Shown: positions 1 through 10,875, counted from the first letter of the stretch. The stretch is 64,000 bases of DNA from Phycisphaerae bacterium (GCA_041690105.1 JAWLHX010000001.1:14939-78938), one strand, 5' to 3'. Program-made: numbers and translations. Notes: a model not told the origin generated them from the sequence alone.

Positions 1-96
1 GTCAACAGTATTTTGACAATTTTTAATTTGTTAATTGTTTTTGCTCTCTGGGCTCTGTACATTTTCCGCAAGAACATCGAATTTTGGGAGCAAGCC

Positions 97-2202
97 ATGT
101 CTTCTCATCGTCAGCCAAAGTTATCACGCCTGACACAACTGTCGGCTTTGCTTACGGCAACAGTGTTGCTTGCCGCGGCCGGGCTTAAAGCCCACCAGCT
201 GGCTACGCGTCCTGTGCTTGAGCAGACTTGGCTTGATCAGCGGTGGCTTTTGACGGCAGGAGTGGGATACGAGCTGGTGCTTGGCCTTCTACTGCTTAGC
301 GGGCTGTGGCGCAGACCGGTGTGGTTTCTGGCTCTGGCAACATTTCTTTTCTTCACTGTCGTCTCGCTTTACAAGGCCATATCAGGTGAGGCGTCGTGCG
401 GCTGTTTCGGCGTCATTTCAGTCTGGCCATGGTACACAGTGGCTCTCGATGCAGGCTTGGTTGCGTTATTACTCCTGTTCTTTCCGCGAGCCAGTAACAC
501 TGGCTTTCAACCTCCCGCTCAAAAGCCAAGCCGGCCTCGTCTGCGTTTCGCGACGGTCGCTGCCGCCAGCCTGGTTCTTGGTGCTCCCGCTATGGTTGCC
601 ATGGTTGCTTACGAGCCAGCCAGGCTTTCAAACGATGGCGACATACTGGGCGATGACCAGTTTGTCTTGCTTGAGCCTCAAGCCTGGACAGGTTTGAGAT
701 TTCCGCTGCTTAAGTATCTGGCGGTTGATAATGAGCCCGGCAGCACAGAGAATGAGGTGGCTGAGGGAAACTGGGCAATCGTTCTCTATCATAATGACTG
801 CGGACGCTGCAGGAAAGTGCTGGGCGAGCTGGAGAAGCGTGCTTCTACCCTTAGCTCTCTCGATGGCTGGCCGGAAAACGTAGCCATGGTCGAACTGCCG
901 CCGTTTGCTGACCAGCGGTTGAGCCTGCACACAAAAGGATGGAAGTACGGTCGCCTGAGTACTGAAAGGGACTGGTTTGTAACAACCCCGGCGGTGATTC
1001 GATTACAGGATGGAGAGGTTGTAGCGGCAGCCGATTCGGTTAGTGATATGAAACAGCTTATTGCCATTGCCTCAACAAAAGCAGTTCCGGCAGCGACTGA
1101 CGCAGGTACGGCCTCAGCAGCGACCACTGACGGCACTGACCCTTCAACGCCGACAGTGGCGGGCGGAACAAGCCAATCGGTCTCGGCGGCACCTGCTGCT
1201 GAAGAGAAGAAGCAAAAGACAAGAGTGCATCAGACAGTATCGGTTGATTGGGATGACGGAAAGGCGGAGTTTGACTTTGGCTTCAGCAGACCGGAAAGCC
1301 GACACAAGGTTAACATCGTACTGACCCGAAAGGATCAGCCACTGCCGGCACTGGGACCAATCAGATCAGAATGCAAGTGCATGACAGGCAAAGAGATCCG
1401 TTCCGCCGCAGAAGACCCACGACAATCCCTAACTCTGGAACTGGTTTTCGAGGCACCGAACGAGCCGCTTTTCTACAGTAAGCGCCTGCTTATTTCGTCC
1501 GCCCAAAACCCGAGCGAGAAGTTCGTTCTCACGGTCAAATCTCGCGTGGGGATGCCGCTTTCAGTTGAACCGGAACAGGTTGATGCAGGTGTACTTATTG
1601 TCGGCCAGAAGTGTCGGCTGAACGTGGTCTGTGTTAACGAAGGAGACGAGGAGATAAGGCCTGTCTATGGCATATCTTCTGACCCGGCGTGCACCGCACT
1701 TGTTCCTCGCTCGCCAATTGCCCGTGACGGTGGGCGACTTTCCGTGCCCATTGTCATTGACGCATCCCGCGCCAGGGCAGGATCGACAAAAGCTCGCATT
1801 TCCATCAGCACGACAAGCAAACTGCAGCCAACAATTAACGCAGCGGTATCTTACTCAGTGACCGACCGCTTCACCATCAGCCAGGGTGAAGTAGCCCTTG
1901 GTTCAGTAGCGGCCGGTTCCAGAACCAGCCACAGTATCCTCATAGGTGCCAGAGATTCGCAGGAGAGAATTGTCGAGCGGCATGAATTACTGGCATTTCA
2001 GAATCTCGAGGCTATACTCACGCTTGATGAACAGCCGGGTAAGGCTTTGCTGAAGGTTGTCTGTCTGGCAGGCAACAGCCAGGGGCCGATGAGCGGGACG
2101 ATCCGCCTTCATCTTCAAGGCCATTCTCAGCCGGTTGATCTTTACATTTCTGGCAAGGTGAAAGAGGCCGGGGCGGTTTCCGCCGCGGCCGCGCCGCAGT
2201 AA
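97..2202 (+). CDS. Membrane protein with N-terminal DoxX/MauE-like polytopic domain, thioredoxin-like CxxC segment and C-terminal DUF1573-like beta repeats
   Basis: ORF 13..2202. The likely true start is ATG 97, preceded by GGGAG (MSSHRQ...). There are 4-5 hydrophobic helices in the first ~150 aa, a DCGRC motif, and repeated segments of the form FDFGxS..., VLIVGQKCRLNVVCVNEG... and ISQGEVALGSVAAG..., which resemble DUF1573. Confidence 0.5.
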   Translation: MSSHRQPKLSRLTQLSALLTATVLLAAAGLKAHQLATRPVLEQTWLDQRWLLTAGVGYELVLGLLLLSGLWRRPVWFLALATFLFFTVVSLYKAISGEASCGCFGVISVWPWYTVALDAGLVALLLLFFPRASNTGFQPPAQKPSRPRLRFATVAAASLVLGAPAMVAMVAYEPARLSNDGDILGDDQFVLLEPQAWTGLRFPLLKYLAVDNEPGSTENEVAEGNWAIVLYHNDCGRCRKVLGELEKRASTLSSLDGWPENVAMVELPPFADQRLSLHTKGWKYGRLSTERDWFVTTPAVIRLQDGEVVAAADSVSDMKQLIAIASTKAVPAATDAGTASAATTDGTDPSTPTVAGGTSQSVSAAPAAEEKKQKTRVHQTVSVDWDDGKAEFDFGFSRPESRHKVNIVLTRKDQPLPALGPIRSECKCMTGKEIRSAAEDPRQSLTLELVFEAPNEPLFYSKRLLISSAQNPSEKFVLTVKSRVGMPLSVEPEQVDAGVLIVGQKCRLNVVCVNEGDEEIRPVYGISSDPACTALVPRSPIARDGGRLSVPIVIDASRARAGSTKARISISTTSKLQPTINAAVSYSVTDRFTISQGEVALGSVAAGSRTSHSILIGARDSQERIVERHELLAFQNLEAILTLDEQPGKALLKVVCLAGNSQGPMSGTIRLHLQGHSQPVDLYISGKVKEAGAVSAAAAPQ

Positions 2203-2223
2203 CCTGACCGACAGCCGCACAAC

Positions 2224-4601
2224 ATGCAGAAAGAGAACGCCATGAATCGTCGCCTGATATACGTTCTGACGCTGCTTTCTGTGGCCGCGTTTTCAATTCA
2301 AACAGCTTCGGCGCAGCAGTCCCCTCAGGCAGAAGCAGAGACCCCTGCCCCACCGCCGTCCCCCAATCAAACCTCTGCCGACGATCAGATGGCGACACAG
2401 GAAGCCGCTGCTGCCGAGCCGGAGATGGTACAACTTAATTTCCCCGAGAATGTCGAAGTCAAGGTTCTCATTGACTATGTGGCCAAGCGCCTGGGCATAA
2501 AGCTGATGTATGATGAGGCCCTGGTGAAGAAGCGCATCACCATGATCATCCCTCAGCGCATTCCGCTGGAGAGCTTGCCGGGAGTTCTGCAGAGTGTTCT
2601 GAAGATGGCAAATCTGACCATGGTTGATGGCGACGAACCTGGCTGGAAGAAGATCGTGGCCGTGCAGGATCTGCCAACGGTAGTTCGAGACCTGCAGCTG
2701 ACTGGTGAGGCCTTTCGAACAGCCGAAGCGACTGTTCTGATGGCCCAGGCATTCGAGCTTCGCTCGGCGAGCGTGGCCCAGGTTGACCAGGTGATCAAGC
2801 CATTCCTCAGCAAGCCTGGAGGCAGCACCTTTCTGCTGGCTGATCAGAACACCATCATGGTCATGGACTACGCTGACGTTCTGCGCCGTGTGGCTCCGCT
2901 GATCGATCTGGTTGATCGGCCTGGAGATCAGCTGGAAATGCGTTTTGTGCCCGTGCGCCATTGGGAGGCGGACCTGCTGGCGAGGCAGGTTACGGCGCTT
3001 CTTACCGAGAAGAATCGCCTTGCCGGCGGCGGCAGGCAGCTGCGCGTCAGCATGTCGACTGAGCCACGGGGCAACCAGATTGTGCTTATCGCCCCTCCAG
3101 CCCAGGAAAAGGAAGCCCTCGAACTGATCGAGAAGCTGGATATTCCGGGGCAGGTGGAGACCAGGACTTACCGCTTTCTGCACGTACCGCCTGAGCGCGT
3201 AGACAGGCTGGTTCGCGGGGCTTTTGGAGACAAGGACCGGTATAAATCGATGATCGATGCCGAGAGCGGCATGCTCATAGTGACGGCATCATCGATTGTT
3301 CAGCAGCACGTGGAAGCGCTGAAAAGGGACCTTGATGTTCCGCTCCGCGAAGAAGAGAGCCATGTCCGCTTCTACAAGATCATGAATCGAACGGCAGCAG
3401 AGGTTATGGCTACCATAAGAGCGCTGGAGGCGGGCGGCGGATTGACGGCCGACGCCCTGGCCGGCATGGATGGGCCAGTGGCCTCGGACCACGAATTACC
3501 GAGGGAGAGAGTCTTTCCACCGGACCGAATGTCCCTCCAAGCCCACCTGGCGTTGCTCCACCCAGGCCGCCGATGGATCCCGCGGATTCGGCGGCGACTG
3601 CCCCAAAAACCGACCCGGAATCCGCCGCACAGCCTCGCGGAGCGATCGCCGCAGCCAGCGGAGAATCAGCAACACAGGCCGTCGTAACGGCCGACCCGAT
3701 TACAAACTCCATAGTGGTCATAGCACCTCCTGCCACGCAGAAGGTTTATGCCAAGCTGATCGAGATGCTGGACACGCGCTTGCCGCAAGTAATGGTCGAG
3801 GTCACGCTTATTACGCTCGACACTTCGGACAGTTTCTCTCTGGGCATTGACGTAGCCAAGGCCGGCGAGGCGGGAGACGATGGCAGATACCTTGTTTTCA
3901 GCTCAACAGGCCTGAGCTCTGTTGATCCGCTCACCGGCGCCTTGACGCTGGCTCCAGGGCTGGGCTTTAATGGCGTACTGCTTGATCCTGACACAGTCAA
4001 TGTAGTGGTGAGGGCTCTGGCCAGTCACGCCCGAGCCAAGGTTGTATCGGCTCCCAAAGTCCTGGTAAACGATAATGGTACAGCCACCCTTTCCAGCATA
4101 GCCGAAGCTCCATACGTCAGCATCAATGTCGGCGACACAGTCTCCACCACCAGTTTCGCGGGCTATGCATCGGCCGGCACTACCGTAACAGTCACCCCTC
4201 ACATCAGCCAGGGAGATTACCTGCTCCTGAACTATGCCTTTACACTGAACAGCTTCACCGGATCGGGAGCAGCGGGCGTACCGCCGCCTCGGCAGACCAA
4301 TACCATCAACAGCACCGTCACGGTACCAGACGGACACGCCGTAATAGTCGGCGGCCTTACGCGGCGTGACATCAGCAAAAGCATCGCCGGGCTTCCGTAT
4401 CTGGTCCAGCTGCCGTTGCTCAAATATCTCTTCGGTAACGAGACCAGGAACGACAATGAAACGACGCTCTTTGTGTTCATCCGGCCGGTGATATTGCGGG
4501 ATGATCAGTTCACGGACCTGAAGTATATTTCCGAAGTGGCCTCGGGCACGGCAGGACTTCAGCCGGAATACCCCGAGAGCGAACCAATGATGATGCCATA
4601 A
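2224..4601 (+). pseudogene. gspD: Type II secretion secretin GspD, split into two frames (ORFs 2224..3687 and 3573..4601)
   Basis: The N-terminal part has a signal peptide and secretin N0/N1-like segments (VQLNFPENVEVKVLIDYVAKRLGIKLMYDE). The C-terminal ORF has the secretin core (VVSAPKVLVNDNGTATLSS...TLFVFIRPVIL). The frame changes between ~3480 and 3530 in the tract cgagggagagagtc. A Pro-rich linker reads through in frame 0 from 3420. Confidence 0.75.
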
Positions 4602-4643
4602 TTGCAAGGCAAGTCTGGTCGAGCACGCGGAAGACAGGGAGAT

Positions 4644-6383
4644 ATGGAAGTAGCAGAATTAACATCATGTGCTGGCGAGAATCTGGCCGTGGGGACGCCG
4701 CCGACCATAGCTGCCCGCTTTGCCGCGGCAGTCAAGGGGCAGCTGAAGGGACTTCATGCCACCTTGAATGAGATGCCGGACAACCTGCCAAAGGCTCGCC
4801 AAGCGCAGATTGATGAAACAGTCATTGCCAGGGCCGCGGCCGAGGCATTATCAGTGCCTTTCGTCGAAAGCCTCAGCGGCCTCGCACCCAGCCATGTTTT
4901 TCTTTCTTCAGTACCGATTGCCTTTGCCCGGCAGCATCACATGCTGGGTTTGGCTGGAGAGGCCGGAGAGCAGGAGCTGACGGTTGTAATCTGCGATATT
5001 GCCTCCTGGCCGCAGTTGCAGGTCATCAGCAAGCTCATCGGCCGTCGGGTACGGCCGATCCTGGCCACAAAGGACGAGATAGAACGAGCGGTGAATCTGG
5101 CTTACCAGCAGCAGAATGGCCAGGCCGAGAAGGTCATTCAGCAGCTCGATGAGGAAGCGCTGCAGCAAGAGCTGCTCAGTGCTGTAACAAACGAAGATCT
5201 GCTGAACGTGGCCAGTCGTGATCCCGTGATCAAGATAGTCAATCTGGCAATTTTCGATGCCATCAAGCGACGCGCCTCGGATGTCCACATTCAGCCGACG
5301 GAAGATGCCCTCATTGTCAGATTCCGGGTCGACGGGGTGTTGCACGATGTCCTCCATCCTCCAAAGTCACTGCAGGAAGAGATAGTCAGCCGCATCAAGG
5401 TAATGGGCGGCATGAACATAGCCGAACGCCGCCTGCCGCAGGACGGCCGGGCAACGGTGGAGGTGGGTGACCGCGTTGTGGACCTGAGAATAGCCACCTT
5501 ACCTACCAGCTTTGGCGAGAGGGCGGTGATTCGCCTGCTGGACAAGAGCGCCAGACTGTATCGACTGGGCGAACTGGGCATGCCGCCAGAGATTATGACG
5601 GGTTTTCGCAGCCTCATTCACCGCGACCATGGCATTGTCCTGGTAACCGGCCCTACCGGCAGTGGCAAATCGACAACCCTTTATGCCGCTCTTCAGGAAG
5701 TTAACTCTCAGGAACTTAACGTACTGACGCTGGAGGACCCGGTCGAGTATCGGCTGGAAGGTATCAGTCAGACGCAGATCAGCGAACGCAAGGGCATGAC
5801 TTTCGCCAGCGGCTTGAGAAATGTCCTGCGGCAGGACCCGGACATCATAATGGTCGGCGAGATTCGGGATGCCGAGACTGCCCGCATGGCCATTCAGTCG
5901 GCTCTGACCGGCCACCTGGTTTTCTCTACTTTGCACACAAATGATGCCGCCGGGGCCGTCTCTCGTATGCTTGACCTGGGGGTCGAGCCTTATCTGCTGG
6001 CGAGCAGTCTGCTTGGAGTCCTGGCCCAGCGGCTTATCAGGCGCATCTGCCCGCAGTGTCGTCAGGCCGTGGAACCCGCGGCTGACGAGACCCAGCTGTT
6101 CGCCGCCAATGGCCACCAGGAGATCGAGGGACTGTTTGTTGGCCGTGGCTGCCAGGAATGCCTCAACACAGGCTACCGCGAGCGAATGGGTATCTTCGAG
6201 TTGCTTACGGTGACCGAGACGATACGGGAGCTGGTCCTTTCGCGAGCCAAATCCTCGACCATAAAAGGTCAGGCAGTGGCGGACGGCATGGTTACATTAC
6301 GGAGCTGTGGCCTTTCCTGGGCGGCCGAAGGATGGACTACGCTCAGCGAGGTGACGCGCATAACCAGCTGCGACGATTTTTGA
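4644..6383 (+). CDS. gspE: Type II secretion ATPase GspE
   Basis: GspE N-terminal domain, Walker A motif GPTGSGKST, Asp/His boxes and a C-terminal CxxC...CxxC pair (CPQC...CQEC). ATG 4644 has a GGGAGA ribosome-binding site. Confidence 0.9.
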   Translation: MEVAELTSCAGENLAVGTPPTIAARFAAAVKGQLKGLHATLNEMPDNLPKARQAQIDETVIARAAAEALSVPFVESLSGLAPSHVFLSSVPIAFARQHHMLGLAGEAGEQELTVVICDIASWPQLQVISKLIGRRVRPILATKDEIERAVNLAYQQQNGQAEKVIQQLDEEALQQELLSAVTNEDLLNVASRDPVIKIVNLAIFDAIKRRASDVHIQPTEDALIVRFRVDGVLHDVLHPPKSLQEEIVSRIKVMGGMNIAERRLPQDGRATVEVGDRVVDLRIATLPTSFGERAVIRLLDKSARLYRLGELGMPPEIMTGFRSLIHRDHGIVLVTGPTGSGKSTTLYAALQEVNSQELNVLTLEDPVEYRLEGISQTQISERKGMTFASGLRNVLRQDPDIIMVGEIRDAETARMAIQSALTGHLVFSTLHTNDAAGAVSRMLDLGVEPYLLASSLLGVLAQRLIRRICPQCRQAVEPAADETQLFAANGHQEIEGLFVGRGCQECLNTGYRERMGIFELLTVTETIRELVLSRAKSSTIKGQAVADGMVTLRSCGLSWAAEGWTTLSEVTRITSCDDF

Positions 6384-6430
6384 CAATGGCCTGATTGCTT
6401 CGGCATAATTCCAGAAAGGACGTTTCTTCT

Positions 6431-7636
6431 ATGGCGGTCTTCGCTTACGAAGCCATGGAAAAAGATGCATCGCTGGTGGCCGGCACGATCATTGCCGATA
6501 CACCCCGGCAGGCTCGCGACCAGCTTCGCCAGCGCGGGCTGACGATCACGCAGATCACCGTCTGCAACAGTGGCCGAGCCAATGGCTTTATTTCCCGTCG
6601 CCGCGGGCGACAGAGTGATGTGCAGGTTACGGCCTTTATTCGAGAGCTGGCGACACTGACGCGAGCGGGGATTCCGCTGCTTGATGGCCTCGAAACTCTT
6701 GCCGATCAGCACCGGGGAATATTTCGTACTGTCATACAGCATCTTTCGGATGATGTTCGCGGCGGACAAAGCCTTTCTGAAGCCATGAGGCGACAGGGAG
6801 TTTATTTTGACGAGTTCTGCGTCAACATCACCAGGGTTGGCGAAAACACAGGCTCAATTGATCTTGCCCTGAGGCAGCTGGCGGCTTTCAAGGAAAAGAG
6901 CCAGCGCCTGCGCGGCAGAGTGGTCAACGCGCTGCTCTACCCTCTGGTGGTCTGTGCAATCGGTTTTGCGGTAATGATTTTTCTGATGACTTATGTTGTG
7001 CCTAACCTTCTGAGTACTCTGACGCAGTCAGGCAAAGAACTGCCTGCCCTGACCCTGGCGGTCCAGTCGGTAAGCCGCCTGTTGATTGACTGGTGGTGGC
7101 TGCTGCTCGGTGGATTATCGGTTCTGGCATTGCTTGTCCGTCATTTCTCGCTGACCGAATATGGCGGTCGTTTTATGAATCGTTGCACTCTGTGGCTGCC
7201 AGTGGTGGGTGAACTGCTGCGCAAAGAGCTGACCAGCCGCTTTGCGGTAGTCTTGTCGGCCCTGCTGCGGAGTGGCTTGCCTTTTATCGAAGCCCTGCAG
7301 ATTACGCGGAGGACACTGCGCAACAGGGTCTTCCAGCAGGCCCTGAAGCAGTATGAAATGGCAGTAAACGCTGGCCGGGATGTCGCAGCCCCACTGGCCG
7401 CAAGCGGAGTTTTCAGCCCGATGGTCGTGCAGATGCTGGCGGTCGGCCAGCAGAGCGGCCAGCTGGAGGAGATGCTGGAGCAGCTTGCTGAAACTTACGA
7501 CGAAGAAGTCGACATGGCTACGCAGCGGCTTACGGCAGTGCTGGAGCCGCTGCTTATTGTACTATTGGCACTAATGGTTGGGACAGTGGCTTTCGCCACG
7601 ATTCTGCCGATCCTGGAGGTAAGCAATGTACTTTGA
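6431..7636 (+). CDS. gspF: Type II secretion inner-membrane platform protein GspF
   Basis: MAVFAYEAMEKDASLVAGTIIADTPRQARDQLRQRGL is a typical GspF/PilC N-terminus. The protein has two repeated GspF domains and three TM segments. Confidence 0.85.
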   Translation: MAVFAYEAMEKDASLVAGTIIADTPRQARDQLRQRGLTITQITVCNSGRANGFISRRRGRQSDVQVTAFIRELATLTRAGIPLLDGLETLADQHRGIFRTVIQHLSDDVRGGQSLSEAMRRQGVYFDEFCVNITRVGENTGSIDLALRQLAAFKEKSQRLRGRVVNALLYPLVVCAIGFAVMIFLMTYVVPNLLSTLTQSGKELPALTLAVQSVSRLLIDWWWLLLGGLSVLALLVRHFSLTEYGGRFMNRCTLWLPVVGELLRKELTSRFAVVLSALLRSGLPFIEALQITRRTLRNRVFQQALKQYEMAVNAGRDVAAPLAASGVFSPMVVQMLAVGQQSGQLEEMLEQLAETYDEEVDMATQRLTAVLEPLLIVLLALMVGTVAFATILPILEVSNVL

Positions 7637-8066
7637 CCACCCCTGCCGGCGCATGAGAACAGCCGGCTTTTCGCTGGTTGAGCTGATGGTCGTCATCGTC
7701 ATTATCGGTCTTCTGGCCGGGACAATAGCCATACAGGTCAGCAGCTACCTCTCGCGTGCTCGCCAGACCACGGCTCGTTCTGAATTGTCGACTATAAAAC
7801 AAGCCCTGGACACCTTCTATGGCGTGTATGGTGATTATCCCAGCAATGACCAGAGCCTGAATGTACTTGCCCAGCCGAGCGAAAAGCTGCCAATACCGCC
7901 GCTGGAGCCTGGAACAACCTTCAAGGACCCCTGGGGCAACCTGTATGTCTACAACAAGCCCGGCGTGGGCGGCGCTCCTTACGATCTTGTCTGCCTTGGA
8001 GCGGACGGCCGCCAGGGTGGCGATGGCATCAACGCTGACATCAGTGCCTTTGACTTGAAGGAGTGA
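7626..8066 (+). CDS. gspG: Major pseudopilin GspG
   Basis: Prepilin leader then GFSLVELMVVIVIIGLLAGTIA (type IV pilin N-methylation motif), with a conserved GspG-like C-terminal segment (KDPWGNLYVY...). Confidence 0.8.
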   Translation: MYFDHPCRRMRTAGFSLVELMVVIVIIGLLAGTIAIQVSSYLSRARQTTARSELSTIKQALDTFYGVYGDYPSNDQSLNVLAQPSEKLPIPPLEPGTTFKDPWGNLYVYNKPGVGGAPYDLVCLGADGRQGGDGINADISAFDLKE

Positions 8067-8078
8067 CAGAAGTTGAGG

Positions 8079-8603
8079 ATGGCAAGGCCGGCATTCTCGA
8101 TGGTCGAGCTCATTGTTGTGCTGGTATTGCTGGGCCTCATGGCGGCCACGATTACCCTTCGACTTCACAGTCCGCTTTATCTGGCCAGGATCAATGATTT
8201 CAAGGAGAGTATGGCTGCTTATGACCGGCTGACCAGGAGAATCTGTCTGGAGCAGGATCGCCCGGTACGACTATGGGTGGACCTGTCCGAAGGCCGCATC
8301 GAACGCCGCTCAGCCGATGGCGGCAACGAGCTTGGCACAGCACTTCAGCTGCCTCATGGCCTGAAGCTTATTGCCTTGCGTGTGGGCCGAGACGAGATCG
8401 TCGCTGGGCGTTATGTTATTCCCTTCAGCCGCCGGGGTCTCTGTACAACCTATGGACTCTGCATCGAAGCTCGCGAAGGCGACCGGCATTGGCTGGTTAT
8501 CAGTGGACTGACGGGACAGACGCTGGAGCCCGAGGAGGATCTGGATGTGCGCGAAATGTTTCTGGCTGACCCGGCAACGCCAGGCGGGTTCAACCCTCGT
8601 TGA
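8079..8603 (+). CDS. Minor pseudopilin (GspH-like)
   Basis: Pilin-type N-terminus FSMVELIVVLVLLGLMAATIT; position after gspG. Confidence 0.6.
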   Translation: MARPAFSMVELIVVLVLLGLMAATITLRLHSPLYLARINDFKESMAAYDRLTRRICLEQDRPVRLWVDLSEGRIERRSADGGNELGTALQLPHGLKLIALRVGRDEIVAGRYVIPFSRRGLCTTYGLCIEAREGDRHWLVISGLTGQTLEPEEDLDVREMFLADPATPGGFNPR

Positions 8604-8973
8604 GGCCATCGTTTCGATGGCTATCCTGGGCAGCCTCGTTGTCAGCATTGTGGTGGCCGCCGGCAGAATGACGGCTCAAACCGGGCTGGCTAATGAACGC
8701 ATAAAGGCCTGCCGCCTGGCGGACCAGCTGTTGGAGGGCTGGTGGGCAGACCGTGACAGCTTTCCGGTGCAGAGCGCGGGAATCTTTGCTGACGAAACAC
8801 TCTGGCGCTGGAGGACAAGCATTGTGGAGAAGCGGAATGCTGAAGTATTGCAGGCCGATGTAGTGGCCCTGGAAATCTTTGCTCCGGTTAAAAACGCCGG
8901 AGTGGAAATGGCTGCGGCCAGCGAAAAGGCCACCTTGCGACTTGAAGTGCTGTTACCACGGAAAGAAAGATGA
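8545..8973 (+). CDS. Minor pseudopilin (GspI-like)
   Basis: Pilin-type N-terminus AGSTLVEAIVSMAILGSLVV; small size. The start is uncertain and overlaps the upstream gene. Confidence 0.55.
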   Translation: MCAKCFWLTRQRQAGSTLVEAIVSMAILGSLVVSIVVAAGRMTAQTGLANERIKACRLADQLLEGWWADRDSFPVQSAGIFADETLWRWRTSIVEKRNAEVLQADVVALEIFAPVKNAGVEMAAASEKATLRLEVLLPRKER

Positions 8974-9500
8974 TAAAACGCCCCGGGCTGACTCTGGTCG
9001 AAATGATGATCACGCTGGCCATTACGGCCATGCTGACGGCTGGGGCTTTAAGGCTTATCACACGCCTGTCGCAGAATGCAGCGGCCATGGAATCTGCAGC
9101 AATGGAAATGCCGGCACCGCACGAGGCGGCTCTGGCAAGACTTCTGGAGGAGGATCTGCAGCAGGCCCGCCGCATGAGACTGGCCAGACATGGTTTTGAG
9201 CTGCAGACTGTTTGTGCACTGAACAGACAATCGCTCGAGGTTGAGCACAGGCCGATCACTGTCGGATATCAGGTGCAGCAGGTGGGACAGAGGAAATGGC
9301 TGCTTCGCATACAGCAGGACGAGAGCAGCAGACTCTGGAGCGAGAAAGTCTTGTGCGATATACAGTCGATCGAGGTGAGCACATCTGGAGGCCCACGCGC
9401 TTCTCTCTCCAGCAACTGGGGGTCTCCCGGCGATGTAGTTGCCATTACGCTGTCGCTGGTGGAAGGTCCACCAATGAATTTCGTCTTTCGCAGGAAATGA
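8970..9500 (+). CDS. Minor pseudopilin (GspJ-like)
   Basis: N-terminus GLTLVEMMITLAITAMLTAGA; ATGA overlap with the upstream stop. Confidence 0.55.
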   Translation: MIKRPGLTLVEMMITLAITAMLTAGALRLITRLSQNAAAMESAAMEMPAPHEAALARLLEEDLQQARRMRLARHGFELQTVCALNRQSLEVEHRPITVGYQVQQVGQRKWLLRIQQDESSRLWSEKVLCDIQSIEVSTSGGPRASLSSNWGSPGDVVAITLSLVEGPPMNFVFRRK

Positions 9501-10384
9501 TTATGATCGCTCGGCGCTCAACCAAGAGAGGCTTTGCACTGGTGCTTGTGCTGCTGGTGCTTGTTCTGGCCGGCAGCTATCTCGGCCTTGCCGCTCATCG
9601 CAGTGGCAAAGCAGCATTGGCTGCTGCCAGTGCTCAGGAGGAGTTACAGCTGAAGTGGGCTTTTCTCAGTGCCAGGGCGGCAGCGCTGCCGGCGGTTGAA
9701 CGGCTGCTGGAGGAGCAGCTGGCAATCTCTGGCAGACCTGCATCCACTGCCCGAGTGGACCTGACACTCAACGGCAGGCAATTGACAATTGTGGCAGGCG
9801 ATGAGCAGGCCAAAGCCAATGCTAACATGCTGCTGGAGCGACACGGCATGAGATCTTTGATCGATACGCTGAGGAGCTTGCAGGCTGACCAAAGGGAGGC
9901 CTTGGCGGTTGAACCACGCCCGGCGGCAGAACCACCGGCGAATCTGATCTCACGCTGGCCTCAGAGATTCGCGGCCCTGGGCCAGCTCTTTGCTCCTGGA
10001 AAAAGGATGTCGGTGCCACAGATGAAATACGACAGCTGCGTCAATCAGCACATCACCTGCTGGGGCAGCGGTGCCGTCAATATACTGCGTGCTGACGCTC
10101 TGGTGCTGCGGGCAACGCTGGGCGATCTGCTCAACGAAAACGAGATTGATCAACTGCTGAAGTGGCGACTCGACAACCCGCAAGGCACTGTCGATGCAGC
10201 CATGGAAAGCCTGGAAATCGAGAAGAAACGCCGCGAGAGCTTGAGACGACTTTTAACCAGCCGCTCTTATTGCCATAGCATCTGGCTCGTTGTCCGCAGC
10301 GGCTCCCGAGATTGGCAGCGTCTCTACGTGAATCAGCAGGGCGATGCAGAGAATGACTCCCAGGAGTGGACTTTTCTATGGTGA
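9497..10384 (+). CDS. GspK-like minor pseudopilin
   Basis: Start ATG 9497 overlaps the upstream stop. N-terminal TM segment GFALVLVLLVLVLAGSY. About 295 aa, in the position of gspK. Confidence 0.45.
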   Translation: MIMIARRSTKRGFALVLVLLVLVLAGSYLGLAAHRSGKAALAAASAQEELQLKWAFLSARAAALPAVERLLEEQLAISGRPASTARVDLTLNGRQLTIVAGDEQAKANANMLLERHGMRSLIDTLRSLQADQREALAVEPRPAAEPPANLISRWPQRFAALGQLFAPGKRMSVPQMKYDSCVNQHITCWGSGAVNILRADALVLRATLGDLLNENEIDQLLKWRLDNPQGTVDAAMESLEIEKKRRESLRRLLTSRSYCHSIWLVVRSGSRDWQRLYVNQQGDAENDSQEWTFLW

Positions 10385-10875
10385 CAATGACACTGCGGTC
10401 CTGGAAGAGACTGCTTAAATTGACGTCTGCTCTTGCCTCGCTTGGCATCGCGGCTATTATCGCCGGTGCCCTGCTTCTTCCTTTGGACGTGGAGATGCCG
10501 ACTACTGTTCCGACGACAGAATCCTCCAATGAGAATCCTATAGTTGCAGCCGTTCAGGGCGGGCCTCTTCAAGACTATGCGGTCATTTACCAAAGCAAAT
10601 TGCTTCAGACGCTCGTAGATCCCGAGCCGGCGGCACCACCACCGCCCCCTCCTCCACCACCGCCCCCTGCCGTAGTTCTCGAAGGTACGGCCATTGAGCC
10701 AGGGTTCACCATGGCCCTGCTTCGTCCAGCTCGTGGACAGGCACAGTGGGTAAGCGTCGGCCAGAAGCTTGAAGATGTCGAAGTGCTGGAAATCCGGCAG
10801 GACGAAGTAGTGCTGAAACATCGCGGCCGCAGTGTTACCCTGAAGTCTGCCTCCTCAGAGGGAGGCAGGCCATGA
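10378..10875 (+). CDS. GspC/PilP-like T2SS protein: N-terminal signal anchor, poly-Pro linker, C-terminal HR-like beta domain
   Basis: TM segment LASLGIAAIIAGALLL, then PAAPPPPPPPPPPPAVV, and a C-terminal segment WVSVGQKLEDVEVLEIRQDEVVLKHRGRSVTL resembling the secretin-binding HR domain. Confidence 0.4.
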   Translation: MVTMTLRSWKRLLKLTSALASLGIAAIIAGALLLPLDVEMPTTVPTTESSNENPIVAAVQGGPLQDYAVIYQSKLLQTLVDPEPAAPPPPPPPPPPPAVVLEGTAIEPGFTMALLRPARGQAQWVSVGQKLEDVEVLEIRQDEVVLKHRGRSVTLKSASSEGGRP

